This document shows, piece by piece, positions 12,157-13,691 of a DNA stretch of 13,691 bases. The notes under the pieces were generated by a model. It searched no databases and was not told the origin of the DNA. It saw nothing but the letters and a program-made list of their open reading frames with translations. The translations under genes and the position numbers were made by a program. Origin of the DNA: a virus. Its lineage: Duplodnaviria > Heunggongvirae > Uroviricota > Caudoviricetes. Where the stretch lies: the IMG/VR virus record IMGVR_UViG_2713896908_000003; one strand, written 5' to 3'. Position 1 is the first letter of the stretch. Every line of letters starts with the position of its first letter.

Positions 12157-12183
12157 AAAAAGCGACTACTAAAGTCGCTTTTT
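12157..12183. terminator. Bidirectional rho-independent terminator between the convergent small ORF and the PerC-like gene
   Basis: AAAA AGCGACT actaa AGTCGCT TTTT: a 7-bp perfect stem (up to 11 bp with the A/T flanks) with a 5-nt loop, an A-tract on one side and a T-tract on the other, so a hairpin plus U-run forms on transcripts from either strand. Confidence 0.6.
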
Positions 12184-12219
12184 ATTATGGTAACAGGCAA
12201 TAACTTTCTCAGATATTTT

Positions 12220-12534
12220 TTAGCATTTTTTTGACCGCGCGTTTCCGGACGTATTCTGTTCTCCTGTCCCTTTATATCGTCGGAATATCCGCCGCTCTTC
12301 AAATCCCATTCCCAACTCAGAATGTAGTCTGTTGACCGCTTGCTTTATTTCTGTCAGATTCACCGGTGCAACCGAAGTCCGGCGCGCCTTACGCAAACAC
12401 TCTGCTCGTTTCTGTGCCGCGATTTTTCTTTTCTGATCATCACTTAGCTGTACCATCACTTTTGCCCATCGTTCAGCCGCTCTCCGGTACAGTCCTTTTT
12501 TCTCCAGACATTCAGCCAGGTGATCATGTAGCAT
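12220..12534 (-). CDS. Small basic regulator, PerC/Pch-family-like (putative transcriptional activator); phage accessory (moron) gene
   Basis: 104 aa, MLHDHLAECLEKKGLYRRAAERWAKVMVQLSDDQKRKIAAQKRAECLRKARR.... The GLYRRAAERW...VM segment resembles the conserved core I recall for PerC of EPEC and the Pch proteins of EHEC lambdoid prophages. GGAGG lies 6 nt upstream of the ATG. Flanked by AT-rich DNA unlike the structural genes. Confidence 0.6.
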   Translation of the reverse strand: MLHDHLAECLEKKGLYRRAAERWAKVMVQLSDDQKRKIAAQKRAECLRKARRTSVAPVNLTEIKQAVNRLHSELGMGFEERRIFRRYKGTGEQNTSGNARSKKC

Positions 12535-12999
12535 AAGTGACCTCCAATTATCTACAGATTACCATTCTAAATTTACCTGCCCTTAATAAGGGAACAATAC
12601 TCCCCCCTCCACAGAAAGACAATAAAACAACAAACAAAAATATAAATAACAAACAGAAATAATCACGCTATTTATTGTTTTTTACTGAAAGAACTATTAC
12701 TGAACAAAAAACGCTGACTATATACTCAAGACCAAATAACTATTCTGCCAATCAAGTATCATAGCAACATAAGGAATTACCGTGTTTTGCCTTCTCAGCC
12801 CATACAATATGAACATATACTTAATACTCTATTGTAATATTTTCATTCATGCGACCCACGTCATTTACCTGTAAATAATATTCAAAATATTTATCACAGA
12901 AATCGTTTTTGGCCATGATCTGAGCACACTATAAAGTCCGGAACTGGCTTTTTGTTAAATCCCCCCTAACACAACCATCAACACCTTTATAACAAAACA
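12535..12999. other. ~465-bp strongly AT-rich untranslated region between the Rz stop and the PerC-like start (probable promoter/leader, candidate nucleoid-protein silencing region)
   Basis: No ORF of 60 aa or more on either strand; long A/T runs such as aacaaacaaaaatataaataacaaacagaaataatc; base composition contrasts sharply with the GC-rich late genes. Confidence 0.5.
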
Positions 13000-13467
13000 T
13001 CACGGTATACACTGGGTACGGATATATTCCTGTGCCCCTTCCAGTTGCTTTTGCATTGTCATCAGCCGTTCTCTGAGGGTGAAATAATCCCGCTCAGCGG
13101 TGTCTGCCAGTCGGGGGCTGGTTGCATTATCCACGCGGGTGGGGCCGGTGGCCTCACGCACGGCTGCGGAGCAACTGGCATTGACCCGCAGGCGCTTACG
13201 ACCAGCGGCAACATCAGCGCGCAGAGTTTCATTTTCAGCTTTCGCATTGGCTAATTCTCTCAAGTACTTTGCATCTAGCGCAGCAACATCACGCTGACGC
13301 TGCTGCATGTCAGCGATGGTGGCGATCGCCTGCTTCAGCTCACTGACTTTTTTATCACGCTGTTCTTTGTAGGCGATGGCATTATCACGGTAATGATTGA
13401 CCGCCAACGACAGGCAGACGATGATGCAGATAACCAGTGTGGAGATAATCGCGGTAACTCTGCTCAT
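13000..13467 (-). CDS. Rz: Inner-membrane spanin Rz (i-spanin)
   Basis: The ORF-track frame reads [43 protein letters not shown]...[34 protein letters not shown], collinear with lambda Rz (MSRVTAIIS...). An N-terminal transmembrane segment is followed by coiled-coil-like sequence. The start is set at the second ATG (13467), which forms an ATGA overlap with the endolysin stop and has GGGGG upstream; 13479 is an alternative. Confidence 0.88.
13062..13247 (-). CDS. Rz1: Outer-membrane lipoprotein spanin Rz1 (o-spanin), embedded in the +1 frame of Rz
   Basis: 61 aa, [61 protein letters not shown]: signal peptide with lipobox VSAC and a proline-rich mature part, collinear with lambda Rz1 (MLKLKMMLC...[29 protein letters not shown]); entirely inside Rz. 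Confidence 0.88.
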   Translation of the reverse strand: MRKLKMKLCALMLPLVVSACGSMPVAPQPCVRPPAPPAWIMQPAPDWQTPLSGIISPSENG

Positions 13468-13691
13468 TGTTGCCCCCATAAACAGACTTCACGCTCAATC
13501 TCACGGCGAGTCATCAGTCCTTTCCATTGCTTACCGCCAGCGTATGTCCAGCGCCGTAGCTGATCACATGCGCCTTTGATATCGCCCTGGTTTATTTTGC
13601 GAAGAAGCGTCGATGTTCTGAAATTACCAGCACCCACGTTGTAAACGAACGAGTAAAGAGCGCCGCGCGTTGTTTCCGGTATATCGACTTT
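13464..13691 (-). CDS. R: Endolysin, C-terminal 75 codons (5' end beyond the window); phage lysozyme (T4/P21/RrrD-like muramidase) type, not the lambda R transglycosylase
   Basis: Hand translation of the minus strand from the window end: [75 protein letters not shown]. This resembles the C-terminal region of lysozyme-type endolysins of lambdoid prophages; the stop overlaps the Rz start. Confidence 0.8.

Noticed and set aside
12782-12874. 31-codon hydrophobic plus-strand frame (VFCLLSPYNMNIYLILYCNIFIHATHVIYL) with AGGA upstream, a possible small membrane peptide or type I toxin.
   Set aside because: GTG start, and composition dominated by I/L/N/Y/F as expected from any frame through very AT-rich DNA; no charged tail or other signature; cannot be supported without conservation or expression data.
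11705-13000. Possibility that the accessory segment encodes a multi-gene defence, anti-defence or toxin-antitoxin system.
   Set aside because: Only two small genes (PerC-like and RHH-like) are evident; there is no enzyme-sized ORF, nuclease/ATPase motif or toxin partner, so a regulator moron cassette is the most I can support from sequence alone.

Overview
This window is the late (packaging, head, tail) region of a lambda-like siphophage or prophage, encoded almost entirely on the minus strand. Reading the minus strand from high to low coordinates: endolysin (3' part, runs off the window end) - Rz/Rz1 spanins - a ~1.3 kb AT-rich accessory segment containing a PerC/Pch-like small regulator gene, a bidirectional terminator and a convergent 45-codon ribbon-helix-helix-like ORF - cos (cosN/cosB) - Nu1 - A - W - B - C/Nu3 - D - E - FI - FII - Z - U - V - G/G-T - H (5' part, runs off the window start). 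The ORF-track translations match my recollection of coliphage lambda proteins in length and sequence; this is memory-based, as no database search was possible. The cos core and the lysis enzyme differ from lambda, so the element looks mosaic. I found no rRNA, tRNA, CRISPR array or IS element. Plus-strand ORFs over the structural genes are antisense artefacts. The only part not explained by canonical lambda biology is the accessory segment between Rz/Rz1 and cos (about 11705-13000). I could not support a larger multi-gene novel system there. Coordinates for features not in the ORF track were hand-indexed and may be off by 1-2 nt.
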